Positions 1 to 9,003 of a DNA stretch of 57,598 bases are shown in pieces. Position 1 is the first letter of the stretch. Each line of letters opens with the position of its first letter. A program made the translations under genes and the position numbers. Origin of the DNA: an uncultured Acidimicrobiia bacterium (GTDB lineage Bacteria; Acidobacteriota; Terriglobia; Versatilivoradales; Versatilivoraceae); the NCBI GenBank assembly GCA_963786955.1, contig CAWBAT010000001.1, positions 1-57,598 of the forward strand, written 5' to 3'. Below the pieces are notes generated by a model that had not been told where the DNA came from, did no database searches, and saw nothing but the letters and a program-made list of their open reading frames with translations.

Positions 1-68
1 AATCTTTTGGTCTTAAAACTGGCAGTAAACCGACTTCACTACGCGTTACCAAAAGAGAACCGAGCGGC

Positions 69-1509
69 ATGAACGCAAAACCTAGACCCGTCGAAGAAAT
101 GACACCCGCCGAGAGTTTGGAATGGCTGAGGCTAGAAAACAACGCCGACAGGACCCGGACGCGGAGCCGTTATTCTCGATGTCGGACATGGGGAACGCCG
201 AGCGCTTGGCAGCCATGCACGGGCGCGACATTCGTTATATTCACCCGTGGCAGAAGTGGGTCAATTGGAATGGAATGCGCTGGATGATTGACGATGAAGG
301 CGAAATCGTCTTCATGGCAAAACAGGCAGTGAGGGGAATTTACGAAGAGGCGAAAGACGAGATGGACCGCAAGAGGTCGGCTGAATTAGCGCGGTTCGCC
401 ATTACCTCAGAGTCCGACCATCGACTGAGAGCCATGATTCACCTTTGCCAAAGTGAACTTGGGATTCCGGCACTTCCAGCACAGTTTGACCGTGATCCTT
501 GGCTGTTGAATGTTGCTAACGGAACGCTGGATCTAAAAACGGGAAAACTTAGACCGCACCAAAGAGGCGACTTTATTACGAAAGTAACGTCGGTGGCGTT
601 TGACCATGAAGCGGAATCCCCAGTATGGACCAATTTTCTTGGGGAAATTATGGACGGGAACGCGCCATTGATCGAATTCCTTCAACGAGGCGTCGGCTAT
701 TCCTTAACGGGTGACACGACAGAGCAAGTGATTTTCATTTTGTGGGGAACTGGAGCCAACGGGAATCAACATTTCTTGAAGTCTTGAGGTTGTTACTAGG
801 TGATTACGCGAAGCCAATCAAGTCTGAATCATTAATGGTTCGCCGATTCGATAACGGCCAAACCAACGACATTGCGGGACTGAGGGGGGCGCGACTAGTA
901 ACTAGCGTGGAAACTGAAGACGGGCAAAGACTCGCCGAATCCAAGATCAAAGAACTTACCGGTGGCGACACTGTTACGGCTAGGTTTCTCTACAGTGAGA
1001 ATTTTGAGTTTCAACCTGAATTCAAACTATGGCTCGCCTGCAATCATATGCCAGAGATCCGTGGCATGGATCTCGCCATTTGGCGGCGCATTCGCTTGAT
1101 TCCCTTTCGGGTGACGATACCGCCACGCAATCAAGACAAGAGATTATTACTCAAACTCAAGAAGGAGCTGCCGGGCATTCCTGACATGGGCCGTCAAGGG
1201 CTGCCTGGCCTGGCAAGAATCGGGCTTGAATGATCCTGAAGAGGTCACAAAGGCTACCGATGAATACCGATGCGAAATGGATGTGCTTGCGAGGTTTATG
1301 GATGAATGTTGCGTGTTAAATGGAAATGCCAAGACCGCTCTCGCTGACCTTTATTCAGCATTAAAAAATGGGCCGAAGATAACAAAGAGCGCTGGATGAC
1401 CAAGAATTCTTTCGGTAAAAGACTCTCAGAAAAGGGATTAGATAGCTACAGCGACGGAGTAAAGAGGTATTGGTTGGGGGTTGGATTACTTGACCGGAAA
1501 TTAACCTGA
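69..1509 (+). CDS. P4/D5-family primase-associated SF3 helicase (D5_N + helicase + wHTH), split by frameshifts
   Basis: SDMGNAERL (D5_N), LLNVANGTLDL, Walker A GTGANG[K]STF broken by a 1-nt deletion near 765, IKELTGGD, RRIRLIPF, C-terminal YWLGVGL. Pieces in ORFs 122-787, 742-1233 and downstream frames; stop TGA at 1507-1509. Confidence 0.85.
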
Positions 1510-1607
1510 CAAACCTGACAGCATTTAGTCATTTTACGGAAACTTTTCTATATCTGGTCTCCTATAGGACTTTACGGAAAAAGCTGAAATGCTGTCAGGT
1601 TTGTCAG
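1506..1607. repeat. 21-bp perfect inverted repeat, putative replication origin
   Basis: CTGACAAACCTGACAGCATTT (1506-1526) and its reverse complement (1587-1607). Inside: direct repeat TTTACGGAAA x2 and palindrome TCCTATAGGA. Sits at the helicase stop codon. Confidence 0.65.
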
Positions 1608-1624
1608 TTAAGAATAACCAACAA

Positions 1625-2850
1625 GTGAAATACGACTACACAACAATTAAGGCGCTGGCAAAAAAACGGGTGTTTCTGTAACGGATTTAATTGCACTCGC
1701 GCCACAAAATGACCCGTTCTATGTTGGAACGCCTTCTGACCAAGAGGATGCTAAATGGTTTGCCAGGGTTTGGCAGAATGCCGGATATGACAGCGGCGTT
1801 CATCTCCGTCGCGTTCACTATTGGGTGGTATCTCAAAAGCAGCCGGTCAAGATGCCTAATAGCAAGCCATATGAGAACACTGATGAGTGTTGGCGTTACC
1901 TGGCAAACGCTAGCAAAAAGGCGAGATACCTTGGTTTGGTAGGTATTGAGCAGATTGTTGATAACAAGAATCCTAATCCTCATGTTCATGCTAATTATAA
2001 TTTTTACGAAGGTCCGCGCTATAGGATTGAAATTCCGAGCTTAAACGATCCTGAGATATCGATCTGGGGCATCAATAACACGACCGTGCAACCTTATCAC
2101 CTGGAGGTGTGGTGCGAGAAGTCAACGATGGATGATGTTCTGATTCCTGTTTGCGGGTGTTATAACGCCAACCTTTGCACCTTCGAGGGCGAGGTGTCCA
2201 CGACTGCATGTTATCAACTGATCCGGCGAATCTGGAGCAGTCATACGAAGCCAACACGGATTTTCTATATTAGCGACTTTGATCCTGCTGGCAATTCCAT
2301 GCCGGTCGCGATGAGCCGGAAGGTTGAATGGATGTTGGACAAGTTTGAGGTCAATTGCGATGTCCGAATCACACCAGTAGCGCTGACGGCTGAACAAGTG
2401 GAAGAGTACCAGTTACCCAGAATTCCAATTAAGGAAAGTGAACGGCGCGGGGCGAGCTTCGAGGCGGCATTTGGCGCGGGCGCTACCGAATTGGACGCGT
2501 TAGAGGCGATCCACCCGGGCACTTTGTCTGATCTGGTCCATTCTCAACTGGAAACTTATTACAGTTCAGAAGCAAAGGATGAGGTAGAAGAGAAAGAAGA
2601 GGCTTTACGGCAAGCCATTAGCGACAAGGTTGAGGAAATAACTTCACGCTATTCTGCTGAGATTGAAGCGATTCGGGCCATGTTTGATGAGATTCGAGAA
2701 ATAGAAGTAGATGCCAGCGAGTATGGGGTTAAGCGGTATGACCCAGACGTTGAAGAGGATGACGAAGACTGGCTGTTTGATTCTGGGCGCGACTATCAGG
2801 AACAGATTCAACGCTACAAGGCACACAAGAAGCCGAAGGTCGTTCAATGA
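1625..2850 (+). CDS. TopoVI-A/Spo11-like protein (winged-helix Tyr + toprim), stand-alone
   Basis: GTG at 1625, frameshift in the A-run at 1660-1666, then HLRRVHY (1801-1821; cf. TLRxLYY), VWCEKS, YISDFDPAG and ELDAL motifs. Confidence 0.75.
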
Positions 2851-2989
2851 GGAATGCAAAGTTTCACAAGTTTCGAGAGCCCATCGACGGCGACGCGGTG
2901 GCAGGTACGTCAACACCTGGTCATCCTCTCGGAAGGACCGGCGAAGAGGAAAGCCCAAATCTTCGCCGGATTCTATTGTGGGGAGAATT

Positions 2990-3413
2990 ATGCCGACTAG
3001 GCCTTTGAGCGGTTGCAAACAACCGGGTTGTCCCGAGCTGGCGTCCGGGCGATTCTGCTTAAAACACGAAAAGGAATCCCGGCGCCAAATAGATGCTGAG
3101 AGAGGAAATTTCCGGCAAAGAGGCTACTCGTCACGCTGGGACCGATTGCGCAAGGTGTTCCTAACGGATCACCCATTCTGCGAATGTGATGAGCATCGGG
3201 GGCAAAGCCAACGCGCCATTGGCTGATGTTGTCGATCATATCGTGCCTCACGGTGGTATTCGTGAATTGTTCTGGGATCCTGACAACTGGCAGGCAATGA
3301 GTAAGCAATGCCACGACAAAAAGACACGCACGGAAGACGGAGGAACGGCTTGGGGTGGGAGGGGAGGGCGAAATCTCTACAAATGTAGCAGAGACCACGT
3401 TCGGTTTAGCTAG
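2990..3413 (+). CDS. Phage HNH endonuclease (HK97 gp74-like), frameshifted
   Basis: MPTRP..CKQPGCPEL..FCLKH, RGYSSRW, then DHIVPH..LFWDPDNWQAMSKQCHDKKT in the next frame. Confidence 0.88.
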
Positions 3414-3450
3414 GCGAGAATTCCCTAGAATTTCCCAAAAGGGGGTGCTT
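3350..3450. other. Putative cos packaging region
   Basis: G-rich GGGGAGGGCGAAATCTC followed by GAGACCACG and GCGAGAATT..AATTTCCC at the end of the HNH gene, upstream of terS. Position and style are typical of HNH-associated cos phages. Confidence 0.45.
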
Positions 3451-3452
3451 TT

Positions 3453-4163
3453 TTGGCCAAAATTGAAGCATTAAAGCGAGAAACTCGGCGAAATCGACGG
3501 GAAATCCGGAGAGTTTTAGGGGTGAAATCGGTCGCCGAAGCGGTGGGTCCGGTCCTGCCGGGGTGTGAAATCTACGGGTTAACAGGTGGTGACTTCAGTT
3601 TGATTGATCTGATAGAGCATTGTTTGGGGTTCACGGGTCCGGCGCGAGGGGTGCTGTCGACGTGGACGGCGTCGAATTCGGATTTGACGTTTGCCTATAA
3701 ATTGATGAGCTGCGGGTCACTTGCTTAGCCTGCGGTTTCTTGTGGATTTCTCTTTTCCCAGCCGACAGCCGGCATACTGCGCTGCGCTGCGGGAGACGTT
3801 TGGGGATGATTGCATTCGAATAACGAAGAATCATTGCAAGTTTGTCCTCCTTCAGAATGACGAATGGAATTTGGTGATCCGTACTTCAATGAACCTGAAT
3901 GAAAACCGCCGACTCGAGAATCGTTTGAAATCTCGGATGATCCCGGGATGGCGTCGTATTTGTTGGAGACAATAGACCGGATTTTCACTCTCCAGCCTTC
4001 AGACGGTCAGTTTACAAGAGGCCAATAGACCATGCCATGAGTTCGAAACATTAGTCGGAAGTGGTGAGCCTGGCCGGGTCCAAAGCCAGGATGTGAAGCG
4101 GTTTTATAACGATGGTCCATTCGAGAATGATCTGCGCCGGGTGGGACTTCAGTATTTGAAATA
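3453..4163 (+). CDS. Phospholipase D-like (HxK..SxN) domain protein, frameshifted
   Basis: ORFs 3453-3728 and 3721-3975 join to FSLIDLI..LSTWT..LRFLVD..NHCKFVLL..VIRTSMNLNENRRLE. The exact 3' end is uncertain. Confidence 0.6.
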
Positions 4164-4172
4164 GGGGGAAGA

Positions 4173-4673
4173 ATGCGAGGAAGAAAACCAAAGCCGTTTG
4201 CTCTGAAGGTACTTCAAGGGAATCCCGGTCACCAGTCTTTGAATGATAATGCTCCACAGTTCCCAGGGGGGATCGGTCCATGTCCGAAGTGGATGACGAA
4301 GGAAGCCAAGGCCGAGTGGCGGCGGATTGTGAAGGAGCTGGACGGGTTGGGCCTGCTGGCGCGTGTCGATCGTGATTCGCTTGCCGCTTATTGCGTTTGT
4401 CTGGTTCAGTGGCGGGAGTGTATGGACTTCGTTGAAAAGAATGGGAAGGTAATCGTCTTCAGGAACGACAAGGGCGAAATAAAATACACGCAGACAGCGC
4501 CTCAAGCGGTCCTTGCCATGAAGTTGCTGGACCAGTTGAAAAGTATAGGGTCTGAATTTGGATTGTCTCCGCTCTCCCGTGGGCGGTTGTCGGTGCCAAA
4601 AACGAAAAGGCAATCTTTGAAAGATTCTATTATGGCCGGATCTCCTAGCCGGGCTCGCTCGAATTCGGCTTAG
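4173..4673 (+). CDS. terS: Phage terminase small subunit, P27 family
   Basis: MRGRKPKP..LQGNPG, P.W..EAKAEWRRI, LAAYC, EFGLSPLSR motifs. Confidence 0.92.
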   Translation: MRGRKPKPFALKVLQGNPGHQSLNDNAPQFPGGIGPCPKWMTKEAKAEWRRIVKELDGLGLLARVDRDSLAAYCVCLVQWRECMDFVEKNGKVIVFRNDKGEIKYTQTAPQAVLAMKLLDQLKSIGSEFGLSPLSRGRLSVPKTKRQSLKDSIMAGSPSRARSNSA

Positions 4674-4842
4674 GCGTTCGGTGACGCGCCTGGATGCGCT
4701 CGCATCGGGAACAGGCGCAGGTATGGCGGCATGAGGTCTTAGGAATGGCTCCAAACCTTATCTCATGTTGCCGGATGGGAATTGTAGGGCGCTCGTCCTA
4801 CCGTTTGCATTTGTACCCGATTTAAGGGAATTTTTATGACTC

Positions 4843-6147
4843 GTGTCGACGAACAAAAAACAGCGCCGCAATTCATTGGTCGAAAAGCAGCGCGCCATAA
4901 TTGAGAGAAGTCATTCAGAAGGCAGGAACGGGAATTTGAACTCCTCCGAAGAGGCCGACTACCAGAGGATTGAATCACAACTGAAGGAATGTGAAGCGAA
5001 TCTGAAGAGAGAATTAGAAATCTTCAACCGGGAATTGAGCCTGCAAAACCGGGTGCCGGCGGATTCCATTTCGCTCTATGGCGGGTCGGCTTCCAATTCT
5101 ACAAGTCAAAGCGGTTGGGCCGATGTCCGAACAGGCGAAAGGATTCATCTATTGAGGCCGGAACAGCGGATGAGTGATTATGTGGACTCTCGTTTGCCTG
5201 CGGGAATGAAATCTACCGATCTGGATTTTGGGCGATTCGTCCGCGCCGTCGTTTCTGGAAACTGGCGCGGAGCGGAGGCGGAAGCCCGAGCGATGAATGA
5301 GGCTATCCCGGCGGCGGGTGCTGTACTGGTGCCGACAGCCTTGAGCACTCAGATTATCGACTTGGCGAGGGCAGGTTCTGCGGCTGTACAGTTGGGGGCT
5401 GGAACAATCCCGCTCACGACTTCTCAGACCACTTTCGCGAAGGTCGAAGCTGATCCTACACCCGTCTGGCACGCGGAATCGGCGAATATAACACCGTCCG
5501 ATCCTACTTTTGGGGCTTTTGTGCTCACAGCCAAGACGCTAGCGGTCTTAACTTCGGCATCGGTGGAGCTTGTGGAAGACGCGCCTAATGCCGGGGAGAC
5601 AATCCAAAACACCCTAGCGGCGGCTATTTCCGGTGAAATGGATCGTTGCGCCATGTACGGCAACGGGGTTGGAGAGCCTCAGGGAATTCTGTCCAACAAC
5701 CAAACCCAAACTTACAGCATGGGGGCGAACGGTGCAAACCTCACGTCCTACGCGCCTTTCGGTCAATCGGTAAAGAAAATTCTCGATTATAATGGCCGTC
5801 CAAACGGCTGTATTTTGTCTCCAAGGACCTGGTTAGCGATCGACACATTGACGGACAATGACGCGAATCCGTTGAGGCCATCACAGAGCTACACCGACTT
5901 GCAAAAGGTCGTGTCTTCCAGGGTGAGCATTGCCAGGACGCAAGGCAACAATAACACTTGTTCTGATATTTTTGTGGGTGACTTCTCACAAATGATCTTT
6001 GGCATTCGGACACAACTAAACTTGGAAGTGAGCCGGGTGGCTGGGAATTCCTTCTCTCAGCTCACGGTTGCTTTTAGGGGATATGCTCGGCTGGACTTGC
6101 TTTTGAGACAGCCAAAACACTTTTGTACCGTTTTAGGAATCTATTGA
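4843..6147 (+). CDS. HK97-family major capsid protein
   Basis: N-terminal coiled-coil segment, GAVLVP, WHAES, SVELVED, YGNGVGEPQGI, FVGDFS, FRGYARLD. True start may be ATG 4837 with an indel. Confidence 0.9.
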   Translation: MSTNKKQRRNSLVEKQRAIIERSHSEGRNGNLNSSEEADYQRIESQLKECEANLKRELEIFNRELSLQNRVPADSISLYGGSASNSTSQSGWADVRTGERIHLLRPEQRMSDYVDSRLPAGMKSTDLDFGRFVRAVVSGNWRGAEAEARAMNEAIPAAGAVLVPTALSTQIIDLARAGSAAVQLGAGTIPLTTSQTTFAKVEADPTPVWHAESANITPSDPTFGAFVLTAKTLAVLTSASVELVEDAPNAGETIQNTLAAAISGEMDRCAMYGNGVGEPQGILSNNQTQTYSMGANGANLTSYAPFGQSVKKILDYNGRPNGCILSPRTWLAIDTLTDNDANPLRPSQSYTDLQKVVSSRVSIARTQGNNNTCSDIFVGDFSQMIFGIRTQLNLEVSRVAGNSFSQLTVAFRGYARLDLLLRQPKHFCTVLGIY

Positions 6148-6226
6148 GCTTGCTCCTTTCTGCCAGGGGCGAGGATCCCAAGGACACGGGGCGTCGAGGC
6201 GGCGTCCCGTGTGGGTCCGAGGTTGC

Positions 6227-6379
6227 ATGAAACAAACCACAGTAAAAATTGAAGCATTGAAAAAGGTTTTAGAAATGCTCTCGGTTGAAGAGCTTCGCGT
6301 GTTGAGGGATTACATTCAGTCAGTTTTAAGAAAGAAATCAGAGGAATTTTTGGAACTTGACTCATTGAAAATCATTTGA
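6227..6379 (+). CDS. Small helical hypothetical protein (50 aa), not in ORF track
   Basis: GAGG RBS, then ATG..MKQTTVKIEALKKVLEMLSVEELRVLRDYIQSVLRKKSEEFLELDSLKII. Confidence 0.5.
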   Translation: MKQTTVKIEALKKVLEMLSVEELRVLRDYIQSVLRKKSEEFLELDSLKII

Positions 6380-6407
6380 GCTTGTGGCCGCAAGGTCACA
6401 GGAAGGG

Positions 6408-6450
6408 TGCGGGGCGGCGAGCCGTCGGGGTTAACCGTCCTGCATTTTTT
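6408..6450 (+). terminator. Rho-independent terminator-like hairpin
   Basis: TGCGGGGCGG..CCGTCCTGCA followed by T6. Confidence 0.55.
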
Positions 6451-6453
6451 AGA

Positions 6454-6600
6454 ATGAAAACTATTTGGTATTTAATCGCCTTCCAAGTCGTTTTGTTTTT
6501 TTTGGTGTCCGCGATCGTGGGACACGTCATTAAGCGGAATGAAAAGGCTTCTCCTGAAAAAAAGGACGATGAATCACACTACCCTGGGCCGGTGAATTGA
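6454..6600 (+). CDS. Small single-TM protein
   Basis: MKTIWYLIAFQVVLFFLVSAIVGHVIKR: hydrophobic helix with a charged tail. Confidence 0.45.
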   Translation: MKTIWYLIAFQVVLFFLVSAIVGHVIKRNEKASPEKKDDESHYPGPVN

Positions 6601-6850
6601 TCCTGGGCTATCCTGAGAAGGTTTTTGGGGGCTTCTAGGCGATCGAAAAGGATTTTCTTGACAGAAAGGACTTGGCGGGCGCATTTTAAAAGAAAGCGCC
6701 CGGCCATGATGTTCTGAGGCATCAATAACCGGGCTAATCAAACGCTTGCTAAGGAAGCGAATGACTTCCCTCACTATAACAAAATCCAATCACAATTCAT
6801 CCTTCCAAAGCGGCGTATTTCTTCGCCTATTCAGGCGGAAAGGTGTCTCT

Positions 6851-7069
6851 ATGGAAAACAACAATCTATCTCTAGCGGAACTGATTACCGGCGTAATGAA
6901 TCACTCAGACTGCCCGGAGGAGTTGTACAACGTAATGGCCGACGCTCTTAGCAGTATGGCAAGCGGGCCTGGGGCGACGGATACGCCGGCGTGGGTCCAA
7001 TTGGCTTTGGATCGACAGAAAGAGTTTGACGCAATCGAGGCGCTGAGAGAATCAGGAAGGGGGCATTGA
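6851..7069 (+). CDS. Hypothetical protein translationally coupled to the integrase
   Basis: GGAAAGGTG RBS; TGATG overlap with the integrase start. Confidence 0.55.
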   Translation: MENNNLSLAELITGVMNHSDCPEELYNVMADALSSMASGPGATDTPAWVQLALDRQKEFDAIEALRESGRGH

Positions 7070-8161
7070 TGGGCTACCTATACAAGCGTGGTGACATTTG
7101 GTGGATGAAGTATTACCGCAATGGGCGGATGTACCGGGAAAGTACGAAGGAAAGCAGAGAAGAAGCTGCCAAGGGTGTACTGAAGCGGACGGAAGGCGAT
7201 ATTGCCCGGGGGTTGGCTATTACGCCGAAAATTGGACGAGTGACCGTGGAAGAAATTCTCGAGGGCGTGACCCGGGATTGTGCGTTGAACCGCAAAAAAA
7301 CCGGGGCGACAAGCGCGGCCACATTCAGAATCATTTGCTTCCGTTTTTTGGCAAGCAAAGGGCGACAGCCACGACAACGGCTCAAATTGAAGTCTACATT
7401 CTCAAGAGGCAAGAGGAAGGCGCGGCCAACGGGACGATTAACCGGAAGCCTCTACACTCAAACGGGGGTACTCTCTAGCTATTCGCGCCGGAACATTGTT
7501 GACGAAACCGTATATTCCCATGCTACGCGAAGACAACGTGAGGACGGGGTTTTTCGAGCGAGAGCAATTTGAAAGTTTAAGAAAGCATTTGCCCGAGCAT
7601 TACAGGAACCTAGTGACGTTCTGCTATATCACGGGCTGGCGCTCGAAGAGTGAAGTCTTCCCTCTCCAATGGCGTCAAGTGGATTTTCAAGCGGGCGTGG
7701 TGCGGCTGGAAGTGGGATCTACCAAGAGCGGCAAGGGCCGGACGTTTGCCTTTACGACGGAATTAAGGTTGTTACTAGAACAGCAAAGAGAGTTGACCGA
7801 TCAGATTCAAAAACAGATCGGGGGCATTATCCCTCTGGTATTTCACCGGCGCGGGAGACCGATTCGAGAGTTTGAAGATGCCTGGAGAACGGCTTGCCGC
7901 GCTGCGGGCCTTCCCGGGGCGATTAAACACGACTTTAGACGGACAGCCGTTAGGAACATGGTAAGGGCTGGGATTTCTGAAAAGGTTGCAATGGAGATGA
8001 CCGGGCACAAAACACGCAGTGTGTTTGACCGCTACGATATTGTCTCCGAGGGCGATTTGAGGGACGCGGCCAGGAAGCTAGACCAGCTCGCGGGCACATT
8101 TACGGGCACAATTAGCACACAAAATGTGCAACAGGCCATTACAGTAAAGGTTTCAAAATGA
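7069..8161 (+). CDS. int: Tyrosine integrase, frameshifted near 7300 and 7450
   Basis: N-terminal MGYLYKRGDIWW..RESTK; catalytic TGWR, HDFRRT, GHKT and RYD motifs; adjacent to the tRNA. Confidence 0.92.
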
Positions 8162-8183
8162 GGCGTAAGCGTTTGATTTTAAA

Positions 8184-8272
8184 TGGTGCCCGGGGCCGGA
8201 ATCGAACCGGCACGGGGGGTAAACCCCAACGGATTTTAAGTCCGTTGCGTCTACCAATTCCGCCACCCGGGC
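8184..8272 (-). tRNA. tRNA-Leu (anticodon UAA), integration target
   Basis: GCCCGGGTGGCGGAATTGGTAGACGCAACGGACTTAAAATCCG...GGTTCGATTCCGGCCCCGGGCACCA; long variable arm, encoded CCA. Confidence 0.97.
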
Positions 8273-8709
8273 ATTGTAATAGGATGAACGACTTGGGGCA
8301 GGACTAAAAAACATTGGATTTCTGGGTGTCGCTTACTGGCCACTTGGCTTTTCAACTAACTCAGGTTGATTCTCTTCTGCAGAGATGCCGAAGACGCATT
8401 CCCTCTGAGCGACCAAAGTAGACGAATCGATTATCAATCATTCTCGGCCAGCTTTTCAAGGTCTCAATTACAGCGGTACGCATCGGAACAAATCTCGTTT
8501 TTCAGGACTGAGATCTTTTCACTCGGATCAACCCTTGTAGGAAATCAACATCATCCCAAGTCAAACTAAGCTGTTCAGACTTTCTTAACCCTGTATTTAG
8601 AGCCACAACGAATAGAGAGTGATGCTCTTCAAGCACTTTTCTTTTGCCAAAATATCGTCCGTGTTGAAAGGCTTAACCTTGTCATCAAGTCCGCCCACAC
8701 TTCCCCGCC

Positions 8710-8806
8710 ATGATCAATATCCTCTTTTGGCAGGCTGGCCTTTTTTTAACTCGCTTAAACACTGGCATGAATTGGACTTGGAAATCTTGGCCCTCCGACA
8801 CCAAGT
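8710..8806 (+). pseudogene. N-terminal remnant of an integrase-core (rve) type transposase
   Basis: ELDLEILALRHQV resembles the LxLExLALRxQL N-terminal motif; the frame does not continue as a transposase. Confidence 0.45.
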
Positions 8807-9003
8807 AGATGAGGCTTTTGGCGAAGAACAGGAAAATCCGCGTGCTGGGACCTGTGGACACATTCCGATGGTTTGGGAGCAAAATCCCAGTGCAGACAAG
8901 CAGCGCGAGAGTAAAGAATCGTAGCTGCTGTTAGCAGGCCGAGAACGCTTGGCCAGCTGTTCCTGTGAAGAGAACGGCCGGCCATTGCAGCGCGCTTTGC
9001 TTT

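Larger units (their letters stand above)
1..8183 (+). mobile_element. Phage satellite / PICI-like integrated element, left end outside window
   Basis: Co-oriented helicase, HNH, terS, major capsid and tyrosine integrase genes ending at the 3' CCA end of tRNA-Leu. No terL, portal or tail gene in the visible part. Confidence 0.8.

Noticed and set aside
1625-2850. Wadjet (jetABCD) system
   Set aside because: Only a toprim protein is present; no SMC/MukBEF-like genes nearby.
7290-7300. Programmed frameshift in the integrase A-run
   Set aside because: A second break follows and similar indels hit alaS; sequencing error is the simpler explanation.
1-8183. Complete prophage or cf-PICI
   Set aside because: No terL, portal, protease, head-tail or tail genes in the visible part; terS abuts the capsid gene.
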